DNA of 64,000 bases from Octopus bimaculoides (GCF_001194135.2 NC_068983.1:66519634-66583633); one strand, 5' to 3'; shown: positions 11,955-23,930, numbered from the stretch's first letter. Made by a program: numbers and translations. Notes: generated by a model from the letters alone, not told the origin.

Positions 11955-13545
11955 TTAAAAGAAGTAAGTGTATTTAACTGACCTATGAACTCTTCTGCCA
12001 ACATAGGTTACTCTGTTTTTGTGAAGTGCAATGTTGTTGGACAATGCATTATTTTTTTGTTTAGGTTGTTCAGGTGTGGTAGATAAGAAAGAAGGTTGTG
12101 GTAGGGATATTGATTTGACAAGAGCTTTCTTAAATTTATCAACACTAACGGACCCCTGTCTTCCCTGTATGTTGAAGACCATATATTTTGATTTTGCTTT
12201 GAGAATGTGATATAGACTGGAATAAACAGTGTGCAAAGGATGCTTAACTGCATTGTTGCACATAAAGATGTGAGTCCAGATATTAATATTGGATAGAAGA
12301 AAAGTTTTAATCAACTACAGTCTTATAATTAACAGATAGAACTCTGCTATACAACCTTGCAATTGATAAATATTGCTAGCAGGATCATGCTGTTGATTAG
12401 TTGTTGTAACATCTATCTGACCAGGTAGTGTAAATGCTGAACTGTACAATAATTCTGCTGGGAAATAACCTAGGTTTTTACCCTAATAATGGTATATAAA
12501 TCACATAACTCAATCAGCAGGGCTTCTGACCATCTATCTGAATCAGTATATGCTCGTAAAGCTGCTTTAAGCTAGTGATGAAAACATTCTATCATTCTGT
12601 TAGAAATGGGGTGATAGGCTATAATACAAATACTTTCAATACCTAACAGATTAGTTAAGTTGGTGAAAAACTGGATTCGAATTGACAACCTCTGTCAGTT
12701 GTTATAGTCATAAGTTGCCAAAATATAAAATTCTATTGGTCATTAGGGCCTTCACAACTATAAAGGATGAAATATCTTTAATTGGTATGACTTCAGGCCA
12801 TCTGGAAAAATGGTCTTTACAAGTCTTTACATTTTATCCTGTACTGGTGGTAGAGGATCCACAATATCTATGTGGATATGTTTAAAACTAGCATCAAGAG
12901 TGGCAAATGTGCCTAATGGTAATTTGATGTGGTGGTAAACTTTGGCTCTTTGGCCTTATATACAATATTGTGCCCAATTACAAATATCCTTCTGCATGTT
13001 TAGCCATACAAAATAGGTTGAAATCAGTTTTGCTGTGGCTGAAGTACCAGGGTGTGATATATTATGAAGGGCTGAAATGGGAGTTTATGCATGGTTTTCT
13101 GGGCATAAGGTCTAAAAAATCCAGTAGAAACATTATATCATATTTTTGAAACACTGGAATGTAGTGGTAATAGACAAAGACCTGGAGAAGATGACCCTGA
13201 ATTTCTGAGTTGTGATAATTCTTAGTTGTCTTTCTGATTTATAGCAATTTCTTCTAATTAATAACATCAACAGAGTGCAAAGCATTGATATGAAAATGGC
13301 ATAGTATAACTGCTGCAGAAATTTTAGCACCCTTAATATGACCTATATTCACAGTAAACTATGAAATATAATCAAGGTTCTATTGTCTCTTGGGGAATAT
13401 TTATCTGTTTTGGATTGTAATGCTTAAGTTAATGGTCTATGATCGGTATAAATGGTAAAGGTTCTTCTTTTCAAGAAATGGTGGAAGTACTTTTCTGACA
13501 ATAAGCTGCTAATAACTCTCATCTGAAAGTAGTGTATCTCATTCA
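11955..13545 (-). pseudogene. Gypsy pol remnant: RNase H C-terminus and integrase
   Basis: Across frameshifts: YTTFxxELLAAY, FTIYTDHRPLT, SHPGTSATAKLI...W.NM.KDI..W (Zn-finger region), HIHIDIV.PLP, FSRWPEVIPI, TTDRGCQFES, AYHP.SN.MIE, VSVDKFKKA, RVTYVGRRV. Confidence 0.88.
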
Positions 13546-13911
13546 TTCAAATGCTTTGGAAAAAAGAAAGAATTTTCCAGGAATTTTGGACAAACTGCTT
13601 CAGTACTTCTCTGATTCCTACATCAGTGATAGATTCCTGCATTTGTGATAGAGATGTGTCTGCATCAGATTGGCTAGCAAGGTAACTCTAGTTAATTTTT
13701 CTTTAATGTCATTAAAAGAGTGTATTTTGGCTGAAGTTAAAGAAATAGTTTCATTTTTCTGCCTATGATTACATAGTGTTTCTGTTAGTGAGTACATAGC
13801 CTCTATGCAGCGTGGGGTAAATTGCTTATAGAGATTAATAAGACAAAAATTTTTGCAACTTCTTCAATGATGTAAGAACGGGAATATTTGTAATCACACT
13901 TACTTTTTCCT

Positions 13912-14202
13912 TCAATGGTTAAATTCCCTCTTTGTCAATATGTCTACAAAACATGAAAGAAGAAACACTAAAAAGACATTTTCTAAGGTCATCTGATAAA
14001 ATGAGGATTTGAAAGAGTTGATAATAAAATCTTTGACCTCACTGCTTAAGGCAGGACGCAGAACATGAACTAAAAGGTGAAATTGGCATGTATCCAAAGA
14101 AATTTTATTCTCTGCAAAATTAACATTGAGCTGGCCAAACCAGCTTCTGTTGTCTGCCCCTTTGAATTTACTGCTGTTTGCTTGCCTTTGTCTTGCATCC
14201 AT
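13912..14202 (-). pseudogene. Gypsy gag N-terminal remnant
   Basis: SWFGQLNVNFAENKISLDTCQFHLLVHVLRPALSSEVKDFII resembles the WFxQxExxF...EVxDxI gag motif of this Gypsy group. Confidence 0.65.
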
Positions 14203-14984
14203 TGCTATGCTGGAGTGTTGGTTTTCATGAGACAGATGAGTTGCATCACTATTCTTGCAGTTTTTCCTGGGATTTTCTTGTGTCAGGCATCACTATTATT
14301 GTATGATATTTTGTCACCATGTTGCAAAGGGGATTGTTCATCTTTGTTGTGGTGGTTGCTTGTCGTTGTGTGTTGTATTGTAGACAACCATCATTATGTG
14401 GTCTAACTGGCTGCATGTATAATAAAAAAAGCAACTCTCAAACTTTTATTGTCTTACATATTTATTGCTGGACATGATTTATTGTGTCTGTTATTTACAA
14501 AAGACAGATACTAATGATATAACTGCTGACTGAAGGGGAAAACTGCACTGTGTTTTGTTGAAGGCTAACTGTGATACAAAGGGTGTGAGTGTCTGAAATG
14601 GTCTTTTGCTTGAGGCAGTCTGTCCAAGTATCCCAGGTGATCTGACCATAGCAGCCTGCCTTCTGTGAGTGTCCAAGGTGGTCTGCACAAATGCCCAAGG
14701 CCATCTGGTTTTAGTGGTGTGTAGAGGCTGTCTGACTAAGTTAGGTGCCAAACGGATTTTATAATGAGATAAATTTTTTAAAATCTTAGGAGCCTTATCA
14801 TGCCACAGCTTTCTGCTGATTGGTCGATTTATAGATCAATCACATAAAACTATGGTCACTCACTTGTGATCCCTAACTGAATATCTTGCGGTTGGGGTTC
14901 GAATCTCTACAACATTATATCAAGAAAAGAGTACACGCAAGCATATGCACATGTACATATATACACACATATATACGATATGCT

Positions 14985-15126
14985 TCTTTCAGTTTCCAAC
15001 CATTAAATCCACTCAGAAGGCTTTGGTTGACCTAAAGTACCATCCACTGGTAAAGTACCATCCAATGGGTCTTAACCTGAGACAACATGGTTGGGAAGCA
15101 AATTTCTTAGTCACAAAGCCATGCCT
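14985..15126 (-). mobile_element. tRNA-derived SINE 5' part
   Basis: rc aggcatggctttgtgactaagaaatttgcttcccaaccatgttgtctcagg...accaaagccttctgagtggattt...gaaactgaaagaagc. Confidence 0.7.
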
Positions 15127-15274
15127 ATATGTGCATGCGCATTCACACGTGTGCATGTGTGTATGTGTGTGTGACACCTCATATCTTTACTTTGGTACTG
15201 CTTGTGTAGTGGGGATGTTTGTTTATATGGTATATAGTAGTTAAATCAACTTTAAATAACACCATACTTGTCAG

Positions 15275-15455
15275 CATCATCATTGTTTAACGTCTGTTTT
15301 CCATGCTGGTATGGGTTGGACGGTTTAACTGAGGTCTGAATAGCCAGTGACTGCACCAGGCTCCAATCTGATCTGGCAATGTTTCTACAGCTGGATGCCT
15401 TACCTAATGCCAACCACTTAGAGTGTGTAGTGGGTGCTTTTTACATGCCACCAGT
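15275..15455 (-). mobile_element. RTE-tailed SINE 3' part
   Basis: catcatcattgtttaacgtctgttttccatgctgg...gtttctacagctggatgcc...gtagtgggtgcttttac. Confidence 0.8.
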
Positions 15456-15609
15456 ACACTTGTGAATTTATTTATGTATGTAAGAGCCAGTAATAGCACC
15501 TCTGCATATTATCTCAGCCTGGTAGCCATCACAGCCAAATCACATCCTATTTGTATGAACCAATACATTATTTACATTTGACGGATATTTATCCTCATCT
15601 TGTTTGTTG

Positions 15610-15654
15610 TTAATACGTTTCAGCTGATATACCCTCCAGCCGTCATCAGGTGTC
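15610..15654 (-). ncRNA. Minimal type I hammerhead ribozyme motif (degenerate stem I/III junction)
   Basis: rc GACAC-CTGATGA-C-GGCTG-gagggtatat-CAGCT-GAAAC-GTATT. Confidence 0.6.
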
Positions 15655-15710
15655 TTGGGGAAATTTCGAACCTGGGTTCTCATTCCCAAGGTATTTTTTC
15701 GTTGTTGTTG

Positions 15711-15767
<57 letters not shown>

Positions 15768-15840
15768 TCACTGCCTGGAATCGAACTCAGAATCTTGGGG
15801 TTAGTTGCCCATGCTTTTAACCACTACCCATACGTCCGTG

Positions 15841-15913
15841 GGTATATGGCATAGTGGTTAAGAGCACAGGCTACTAACCCCAAGATTCTGAGTTCGATTC
15901 CAGGCAGTGACCT
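15841..15913 (+). promoter_or_regulatory. tRNA-like Pol III internal promoter (A and B boxes) of the dimer A right arm
   Basis: A box TGGCATAGTGG, anticodon-like arm ggCTACTAAcc, B box GAGTTCGATTCC; acceptor and T stems mismatched, so not a functional tRNA. Confidence 0.7.
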
Positions 15914-15940
15914 GAATAATAATAATAATAATAAATAATA

Positions 15941-15973
<33 letters not shown>

Positions 15974-18900
15974 ACATTGAAAAAATACCTTAGGAATGAG
16001 AACCCAAGTTCAAAATTTCCCCAAGACACCTGATGAAGGTAGGACGTGTTAACAACAAACAAGATGAGAAAAAATATCTGTCAAATGCAAATAACGTACG
16101 TTTATCATCTCTTAAATATAGAACCAATAGATATATCTTATATTATAGTAATACCTGACAGAAATAACATGAAAATCTCTCTCAAATCACCACCCTGCTG
16201 TGCCACTCAGTATAGACATCTCTACATCATATCCTTCAATGCTGGAAATAGCGGTCTAATTTCCATCAAGCTACACTCTAATCTTTTGTGTATATTTAAG
16301 GTGCATGTCTCATTTTACTGAGCATTGCCAGGTACCTTTGGTAGTTCCTTGATAAATTGTTCATCATCATTTTCGTTTTGAAATTCTTTTTACTGTAGCA
16401 TACTGCAATGAAATATTTTCAGAGCCTAATACATGTGAGCATTGGTTGTGGGAGCTTCTTTCCTTCTGATTCAGAGTCTACATCAAGAGTAGCTTGACAT
16501 ATTTTCTATCATTGTAGCTTCCTCGTCAACTCTGTCATTAAATTTTCAAACTCTTCATTTTGTATATAATTTTGACATCTTTGAAAAATTTTATTTGTAA
16601 CTCTAATTCTTTGTGAGTTTTATTGTTTGCTTTAGAAATTTCATATTTTTAAAATCTATTTTGAATAGTCTTCTCAGTTTTGATTCCATGACATTATACG
16701 TAATATAACAAGAAGGAAAATCAGTCTTGTAATTGTATTTGCATTGAATTGGTTTTGGAGATCATTAACTTTGGCTAAAACTCATGAAATTTCTCTACAA
16801 TACCAAACATTTAGAGTTTATATCTACCTTGGTTACATGGTTGTATTAACAGTGTAATATTTGAAGGCAAGAAAATTACTTTGATGTTTTTTACTAACAA
16901 TTGTCAACTAACAGCAATTTTTGCTTTGATTCCAAATACCACATATGTAACCAGTTGCTAAAATTACTTGTGGTCTTGCTGCCGTTTACATTAAAACAGT
17001 AATGAACAGATAAAATTTTGACATCCTTAGGATTATGACTTTTTCTAATCACTCAGCATTCTCATATGTATGACCCTTCATATTAGTTCAACAAAGAACT
17101 GTCAAGTACTCCTTTGAAGCTTTAAATTCTTTGGTAGTTTTATTTTTGAACATATAGCTGATAAGTTTGGACATTACATAAAAATATAACCCTATTTTGT
17201 CTGTTATGATATTCCCAGGAGAATATTCAGCAGTAATTTTTGGTCATTTTGTCTCAATCTACTGCTTAGCTGATAAAAAAATATAAAAATAAAAATAAAA
17301 ATTCCTTACTATGCATTTGCACATGATATTCTTTCACATCCTCACCCATTAAATCATCAGTCAGTTGGTATGGAACATTTTTCACCTTTTTCTCTTTTAA
17401 ATGCTTTGGCTTTTTGATGTATCAGTGATTCATTATTTAGAAACACTTTTTTTTAACATTTCCAAGCCAAACCAAATTTTCATTGCTGACTGAATTTGCT
17501 TATCCTAACAAGGCAACCCCCTCTTACAATTTACATTCTCATTAGTATGAGCTGATTTTTCAATGTTAAGTCTGCTTTTTTAAATATTATGCCAAAGAAG
17601 TTGTGAAATTTTTATTATATCAACTTTTGAGCATTCCAATATTTTTAGTTTTTCATGTAGAGACAAATTTTATTTTTCTTATTTACCTTCATTATCATGA
17701 TGAAGAATATTTTAATAATTGTCTACAAGCACATATATTCAAATGAAAACAGTGTAAATATTTTGGAGGTTACAATTTTATTGTGTTGGCATTCTTACTG
17801 ATTCCATGAGAAAAGTATCTATGACTGATGTTGTTCTGTGAGCACATTTTTGACCTTAAATACAGTTAGTGATTTATACAGTATGATGTTATATAATGGG
17901 TAATAATAAATGTGTTTTACTCAAAATTTTTAATAACAATATCTGTAGTTTTGATTCAGCTACTGTCATAGGAAGATTTGGATTCAGCACTGCAAGCTAA
18001 TGAAGCAATCATTAATTTTAAAGTGCTGTACTATTTGTAGTGGTGACGTGTAACCCTTGTACCTTGTTATAACAAGGTGTTCATGGTGTACAAGGTGTAA
18101 TTTACCATTAACATTTAAATATCTTGTTCATGAACACATTGTAGTGCTGTTGATAAGCACTTTAGTGACTGAGCTAACTATGACTTTACAAATAACTATT
18201 TTTTATTCAATAAAAAAAAAAAATCATATCCATTTATATGATTCCTACATGTCATACTAGTACATTTGAAAAGCGAGAGTCTTCAATCAGAATGAATTTT
18301 TAACCCTGAATTATAAACTTTCATTTTAATACAGCTCTGACATTATTTAATGTATGAGGTTTTGAACAGGGATCATTGTTAAACTAATATTGGTCTTTAT
18401 GCTATTTGTACAGATTGAAGGATTGTGGTGGGAAAATTTCACAAGATTATCAAAATAGAAGTTTCTTTATTTCTTTTGTCAATTTTCTAGTCTATAACAG
18501 CAATATTTTAATATGTAAAATCTATTAAAATGGAGCTTACATTTCTTTCATTTGGTGAGCATTTTTTCTTATTTTATTTCGGTTATATTTTTATAATCTA
18601 CAATGTTCAATCAATAATACTTATATCTAAATGTATTTTAGCATAAAATGGATCGAAAAAGATTAGTTTTAATACCAAAGGAAAATATTTGGAAACTATC
18701 ATAATGAAAGTAACATCTTATTCCTAAATCTATTTTTGTAGTGCTGGTCCATTAGCTATTTATTTAATATCCAAACAATACAGACAATTTTCTTTAGTGA
18801 ATGAATAGTTGTGATTTTCAAATATGTTACCATAGATCTCATCTATAAAATTAATATTTACTACCAAATGTTCCAAAAGTAAATTGTTTAGGATATATTT

Positions 18901-18984
18901 TACTTTATGAGCTTTTTTATTTTATTTTGAAGCTAAGGTTTTAAGGATTATATAATTTTATATAAGAATGTCTGTGTGCATGCA

Positions 18985-19025
<41 letters not shown>

Positions 19026-19349
19026 TTTGTTGCTAGTAAGCCTCTGAGAATCACTGAATCCAGATAAATGTTGTACTGTTTTTGTTCCCTTGATAACATA
19101 TGACTTCTAAAGCCAAATGTCCAACAAATTTCCTTTTTCTCTCTATAGCAACATTGTAGGGCAACACCATGCATTCTGCAGATATATCTATTAATATTGA
19201 TTCTAAATTTTGGCACAAGGTCTGTAATTTTGGATTAGGGGTAAGTTGATTATGACAATCCAAGAGTTCAACTGGTATTTATTTTATTAACCCTGAAAGG
19301 ATGAAAGGCAAAGTTAACCTCAGCAGTGTTTGAACTCAGCACATATATA

Positions 19350-19911
19350 CTAACTCTGATCAAAATGTATCAGGACTGGTACTATAAAAAGAAAGCTACA
19401 ACACATATCAATTTGGCATTTAATCCCCTTCAAAGTAGTTCCCTTCTGAAGCCACACACTTTGTCCAGCTTTGTTTCCCTTGATGGAAGCATTCCTGAAA
19501 CCCCTGTTTGGGGATAGCAACCAGCTGTCTTGTCATATTCTCTTAGATTTCCTTGACATCTTGAAATCTTGTTTCTTTCAAGTGAGATTTGATTTTTGCC
19601 TTGGTTTTGGGCTCATAGCCTTAGACCCATGATTTGTCATCTGTTATGACTGCTTTCAAAAAGTTTTCTTCTTCCTCAACACAATGAAGGAGATCCTGAG
19701 CAGTTGCAACCCAATTTTCCTTCTGGGATGACCACACTCTACACATTTTACTTCCAAGTACTTCTATAAACAACATATGTGAGTGAGAATATTATAACCT
19801 AGTGTGCATGCATGACTGAGTTCAAGATGAACCTGTGCCAAGCAGCTTCACTCTGCGTACTTTAGCTCCATTACCATAGCAACAGCCTCGATACATTTTG
19901 ATCAAACCTTG
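19350..19911 (-). mobile_element. Internally deleted mariner element
   Basis: TIRs tgatcaaaatgtatc.ggactg at both ends with flanking TA; minus-strand remnants KAVITDDKSWV.GYEPKTK and CVASEGNYFEGD*. Confidence 0.85.
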
Positions 19912-20340
19912 TATCTATTAATATTAATAGTATTAATAATAATAACAAAATGTCTGCCATCAGTATTAAATATTGCGTGATATATATATATTAGACTGGA
20001 CCTAATTCATATATAATTACTTAGTAATAAAAATAATGATGATAATAATAAATTATTGTTGAATGTTAATAAAAATATAATATTAAATAAATTCTATTTG
20101 TTATCTCTTGTAGTGAAAAACGCATTTGGGCCAGTAACTCTCTTACCCATTTCTCACCAGCATTTTTATTGTGACACACATCATTCACCACCCACTGCTT
20201 CCACTGATTACCACACCCTCTTTCTTCCCTCCTGCTACCTCATACTTTTATCATGCGTGTGTGTGTGTGTGTGTGTGTAATTAAGATTCAGTTGAATTAG
20301 TACATTGTTTACATTATTTACATTTGACAGATGTTTGTTA

Positions 20341-20382
20341 ACATGTTTCGGCTGATATACCCTTCAGCATTCATCAGGTGTC
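20341..20382 (-). ncRNA. Hammerhead motif, dimer B left arm
   Basis: rc GACAC-CTGATGA-A-TGCTG-aagggtatat-CAGCC-GAAAC-ATGTT. Confidence 0.55.
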
Positions 20383-20396
20383 TAAGGTATTTTCCA

Positions 20397-20431
<35 letters not shown>

Positions 20432-20799
20432 TCACTGCCTGGAATTGAACTCGGAATCTTGGGGTTAGTAGCCCATGCTCTTAATAACTATGCCATATGC
20501 CCGTGGGCAATTATGGAGTGAATTTTTAGGGCTTATAAATCTGATATTTTCCTATCCTTCCTTAATACCGGTTCCCATATGCTCTTCATATCTGCACTCG
20601 TTCTGCTTAGGAGGTTGTTTTGTTCTAGCAGACTGAGTGCAGATATGAACAGTATATGGGAACCGGTATTAAGGAAGGATTGGAAAATATTAGATTTATA
20701 AGCCCTAAAAATTCACTCCATAATTAGCCACTGGCATATGGTGCGGTTAAGAGTGCGGGCTACTAACCCCAAGATTCCGAGTTCAATTCCAGGTAGTGA

Positions 20800-20855
<56 letters not shown>

Positions 20856-20875
20856 GCAACATTAAAAAATACCTT

Positions 20876-20920
20876 AGACATCTGATGAAAGCTGGAGGGT
20901 ATATCAGCCAAAACATTTTG
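20876..20920 (+). ncRNA. Hammerhead motif, dimer B right arm (G12 mutated to A)
   Basis: gacat-CTGATGA-A-AGCTG-gagggtatat-CAGCC-AAAAC-attttgtt. Confidence 0.5.
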
Positions 20921-21116
20921 TTAACAACAAACAAGATGAGGACAAATATCCATAAAATGTAAATAATGTACATAATTCCTCATCTCTTAAATATAGAACA
21001 GTTGAATTAGGTACTTAAACTGAGGCACCAAGCCAGTTCGATATAGTCTACACAGCTTGAAGTTAGGTGAACAAAATGCAAATAAGTAACAAGGATGTCC
21101 AGGTAATAGGTATCAA

Positions 21117-21204
21117 TGCATTACAGCCATTTCAAGTGGCTCCATTTAATCAGTCAATGAAAACATTACATCTATTTTAAAAAAAGCCACTCTCCTCAGA
21201 AGCA
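21117..21204 (-). ncRNA. Hammerhead motif in left pseudo-LTR arm
   Basis: rc tgctt-CTGAGGA-GAGTGGCTTT...GGAGCCACTT-GAAAT-GGCT-GTA-atgca. Confidence 0.6.
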
Positions 21205-23149
21205 GATGACCATATAGATTTCCAACATAAAGGATAAACCATTTTTAGCATTTATAGCAAATTTATATCAGTACTAGAAACCAAAATAATTACATTGTTT
21301 CCTTATATTATATTTGTGACAGAATGAATTCAGAGAATAATGCATATCTGTTTAAGCCTTCTGTAATTTAGAGAGTAGCAGAGGAAAATAGTGGGGATCA
21401 AGATATAGGAGTGGTGAGATAGTTATTTATTTATATTTATAAGATTTTATGCTGCATATAGTCTAAGACCATTTAGAATATTAAATCCATTGGGAGTTGT
21501 CAGCTATGTTCCAGTTGATGGCGATAAATTAATTAATTAGACAACCTCCTAGACCCTTATTTTACTGTGACCATATATCAAGCTCTATCTACATAAAAGG
21601 ATATGTCTCAGAGCTGCTAGTGAGAGAATGACTGATGGGGAAGAGGTGATAACTAGAAGAAGGAAGAATTGTGGGTGGGTAGTCCTTATTTAGATTATCA
21701 GATAAAAGGGGATTATAGTAAAAAAACAAAAGAGGTAAAAATAAGCTCTAAGGGTGAAAATTAGAAATGAGGGATATGGGATGTACTAATTCATAATTTA
21801 GCAAATTTATTATATTAAATTTAGAAAAGAATTATAGATCAATATATAGGAAAGGGATAGAAATTAAACTTAAAACCAAATAATAAGGTACTGTAATATA
21901 TAAGAGAAAATTCTTAAGGCCTTTCTTAAACATATTGTTAAGGTGGTTGTAATAAAACCATTTCACAAATTTATAAATGAATTAAATTATCATCCCAGTA
22001 GGAGTACATAATATATTTTAAATCAAAACAAGGATTATTATCTTCATTACAAGTGGATAAGCATAAATATCGAAAATATAGAAGTGAATGTAATGGGTTA
22101 TTAAATTAAAGGTATACAAAATGTATAATAGACTACATGCAGAAGTAATAGCTAAACCGATATAGGCATGTAACTATTTATTGAATATTATACGATTACC
22201 CATATTAGGTAAACTTTTATAAAAGATCTTGTGAAAGAAAATTATTTTTAAATTACAAGCACTATGAAAAAATTATGAAAGGATATAAGAAAGTATTAAA
22301 ATATCATGTATATATATATATAAAAATTATAAAATTTATGGAACATAAAGTGTAATTAAAAATATGAATATAATATTGTATTATATTGTACAGAGAGTTT
22401 TAAGAAAAGAAATTATAAACCCCTCTACAATCTGTAGAAGCTACACAAGTATAAAGGAGAGTATATAGATATATAAAAAATTAATAATATGAGATTATAA
22501 ATCATATGAAAATAATATGAAAAAATAAAAGATAAAATTACTGGCATAATGTATTACCGGCATAATGCCTCTCCCAATGTTTAATTGTAAAAGATAAAAT
22601 ATTTTTATATAAAGATTTTTTTATACAGAATTTATAAAATGAAATATTTCATTGCAAATGATATAAAAGGTATAACAGAGATAGAAAAATAGATAAAAAG
22701 TAAGGATAAGTCAAGGTATGTATAACAAATGCTAATTAAAGAATAAATAGATTAAGATACCTTTGGAAATAGGTTTATAAAATATTTGTTAACTATATCA
22801 GAGACACTGATTTATGTAGAATAATAACAGTTCCTTGGGGGTATATCTTATACTTAGGAGAGGCACAAGATTCAGTAATCCGTTACAAATTTATATATTA
22901 TAACTATAAGGGAAGAAAATCCTAGTACCGAAGGGTAAATACATAATATAGTACCGAAGGGTAAATATGTAATATTGAAGGAATGCAGCTTAAACTAGTT
23001 AGGAGTTATTAGAGAGCAATACTACATATATTTCTAGATAATAGAGGGTATGTTATGAATAATATAACACCCCAGATAACTTATGCTTCCAAATTATAGT
23101 ATGATATGCTTATTATTATCTGCTTCTAAAGTATCTGAAGATACAGATA

Positions 23150-23520
23150 ATCTTATGTACACAAGATACTCTAAGGTCTAATTTATTATTAATTAGGTTT
23201 TGCTTTATTCTATATTTAAAAATTTCATAAATTTCCATACAACATAGTTCACATCTATATCGGCTATTTTTGTACGGCTGAGTTTTGCAGACTGTATCTC
23301 ATTTTAGGCTTAATTTACTATTTTCCTTGAGTTACCAAATTTTCATAGCTAATGAGGTACTGTTGGCTTTATGTCTAATTTATGTCTTTAAGACGAAAAA
23401 TGGTTATTTAGGCATTTTTTCATATTTACAGAGCACCCAATGTAAATGAAGTTATTAGTTTCCGTCATTATTGTACATTTGTCTATGACATTTTCAGCTA
23501 AATACCGACCCAATAACAGG
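23150..23520 (-). pseudogene. Penelope-like GIY-YIG endonuclease C-terminal remnant
   Basis: LGRYLAENVIDKCTIMTETNNFIYIGCSVNMKKCLNNHFSS, then across breaks NSTSLAMKIW.LKEN, QPYKNSRYRCELC, NLINNKLDLRVSCVHK. Confidence 0.8.
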
Positions 23521-23930
23521 TCTGAGACATTTCCCTTTAAGTAGATAAAGCTTGATATATGGTCCCAGTAAAATAAGGGTCTGGAAGGTTGTCTGGTATT
23601 AATTAATATATCACCATCAACTGGAACATAGCTGACAACTCCCAATGAATTTAATATTCTAAATGGTCTTAGACTATATGCAGCATAAAATCTTATAAAT
23701 ATAAATAAATAACTATCTCACCACTCCTATATCTTGATCCCCACTATTTTCCTCTGCTACTCTCTAAATTACAGAAGGCTTAAACAGATATGCATTATTC
23801 TCTGAATTCATTCTGCCACAAATATAACATAAGAAAACAACGTAATTATTTTGGTTTCTAGTACTGATATAAATTTGCTATAAATGCTAAAAATGGTTTA
23901 TCCTTTATTTTGGAAATCTATATGGTCATC

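Larger units (their letters stand above)
11640..14911 (-). mobile_element. Gypsy-type LTR retrotransposon, degraded, protease/RT deleted
   Basis: 86-bp direct repeats 11640-11725 and 14826-14911 (about 12 mismatches) starting TGTAGAG on minus; purine tract gaggagaaga before the 3' LTR; gag, RNase H and integrase remnants in Gypsy order. Confidence 0.85.
15566..16125. mobile_element. Palindromic dimer A of tRNA-head/(AAT)n/hammerhead element
   Basis: Head-to-head copies 15566-15840 (-) and 15841-16125 (+); flanking direct repeat gaaccaata at 15557-15565 and 16121-16129. Confidence 0.85.
20301..20998. mobile_element. Palindromic dimer B of tRNA-head/(AAT)n/hammerhead element, with about 110-nt leader
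   Basis: Arms 20301-20600 and 20635-20998 around a 35-nt loop; 12-bp direct repeat cagttgaattag at 20289-20300 and 20999-21010. Confidence 0.9.

Noticed and set aside
15841-15913. Possible tRNA gene with ACT anticodon (four copies)
   Set aside because: Acceptor and T stems do not pair properly and the sequence runs into (AAT)n; it is a repeat head.
16140-17700. Possible degraded coding or transposase sequence on minus
   Set aside because: No motif could be assigned with confidence.
23388-23645. 85-aa ORF MGVVSYVPVDG... as an N-terminal GIY-YIG protein
   Set aside because: Its first half lies in the inverted arm and is broken in the other arm; endonuclease similarity starts only at the arm junction near 23520, so it is a chance fusion.
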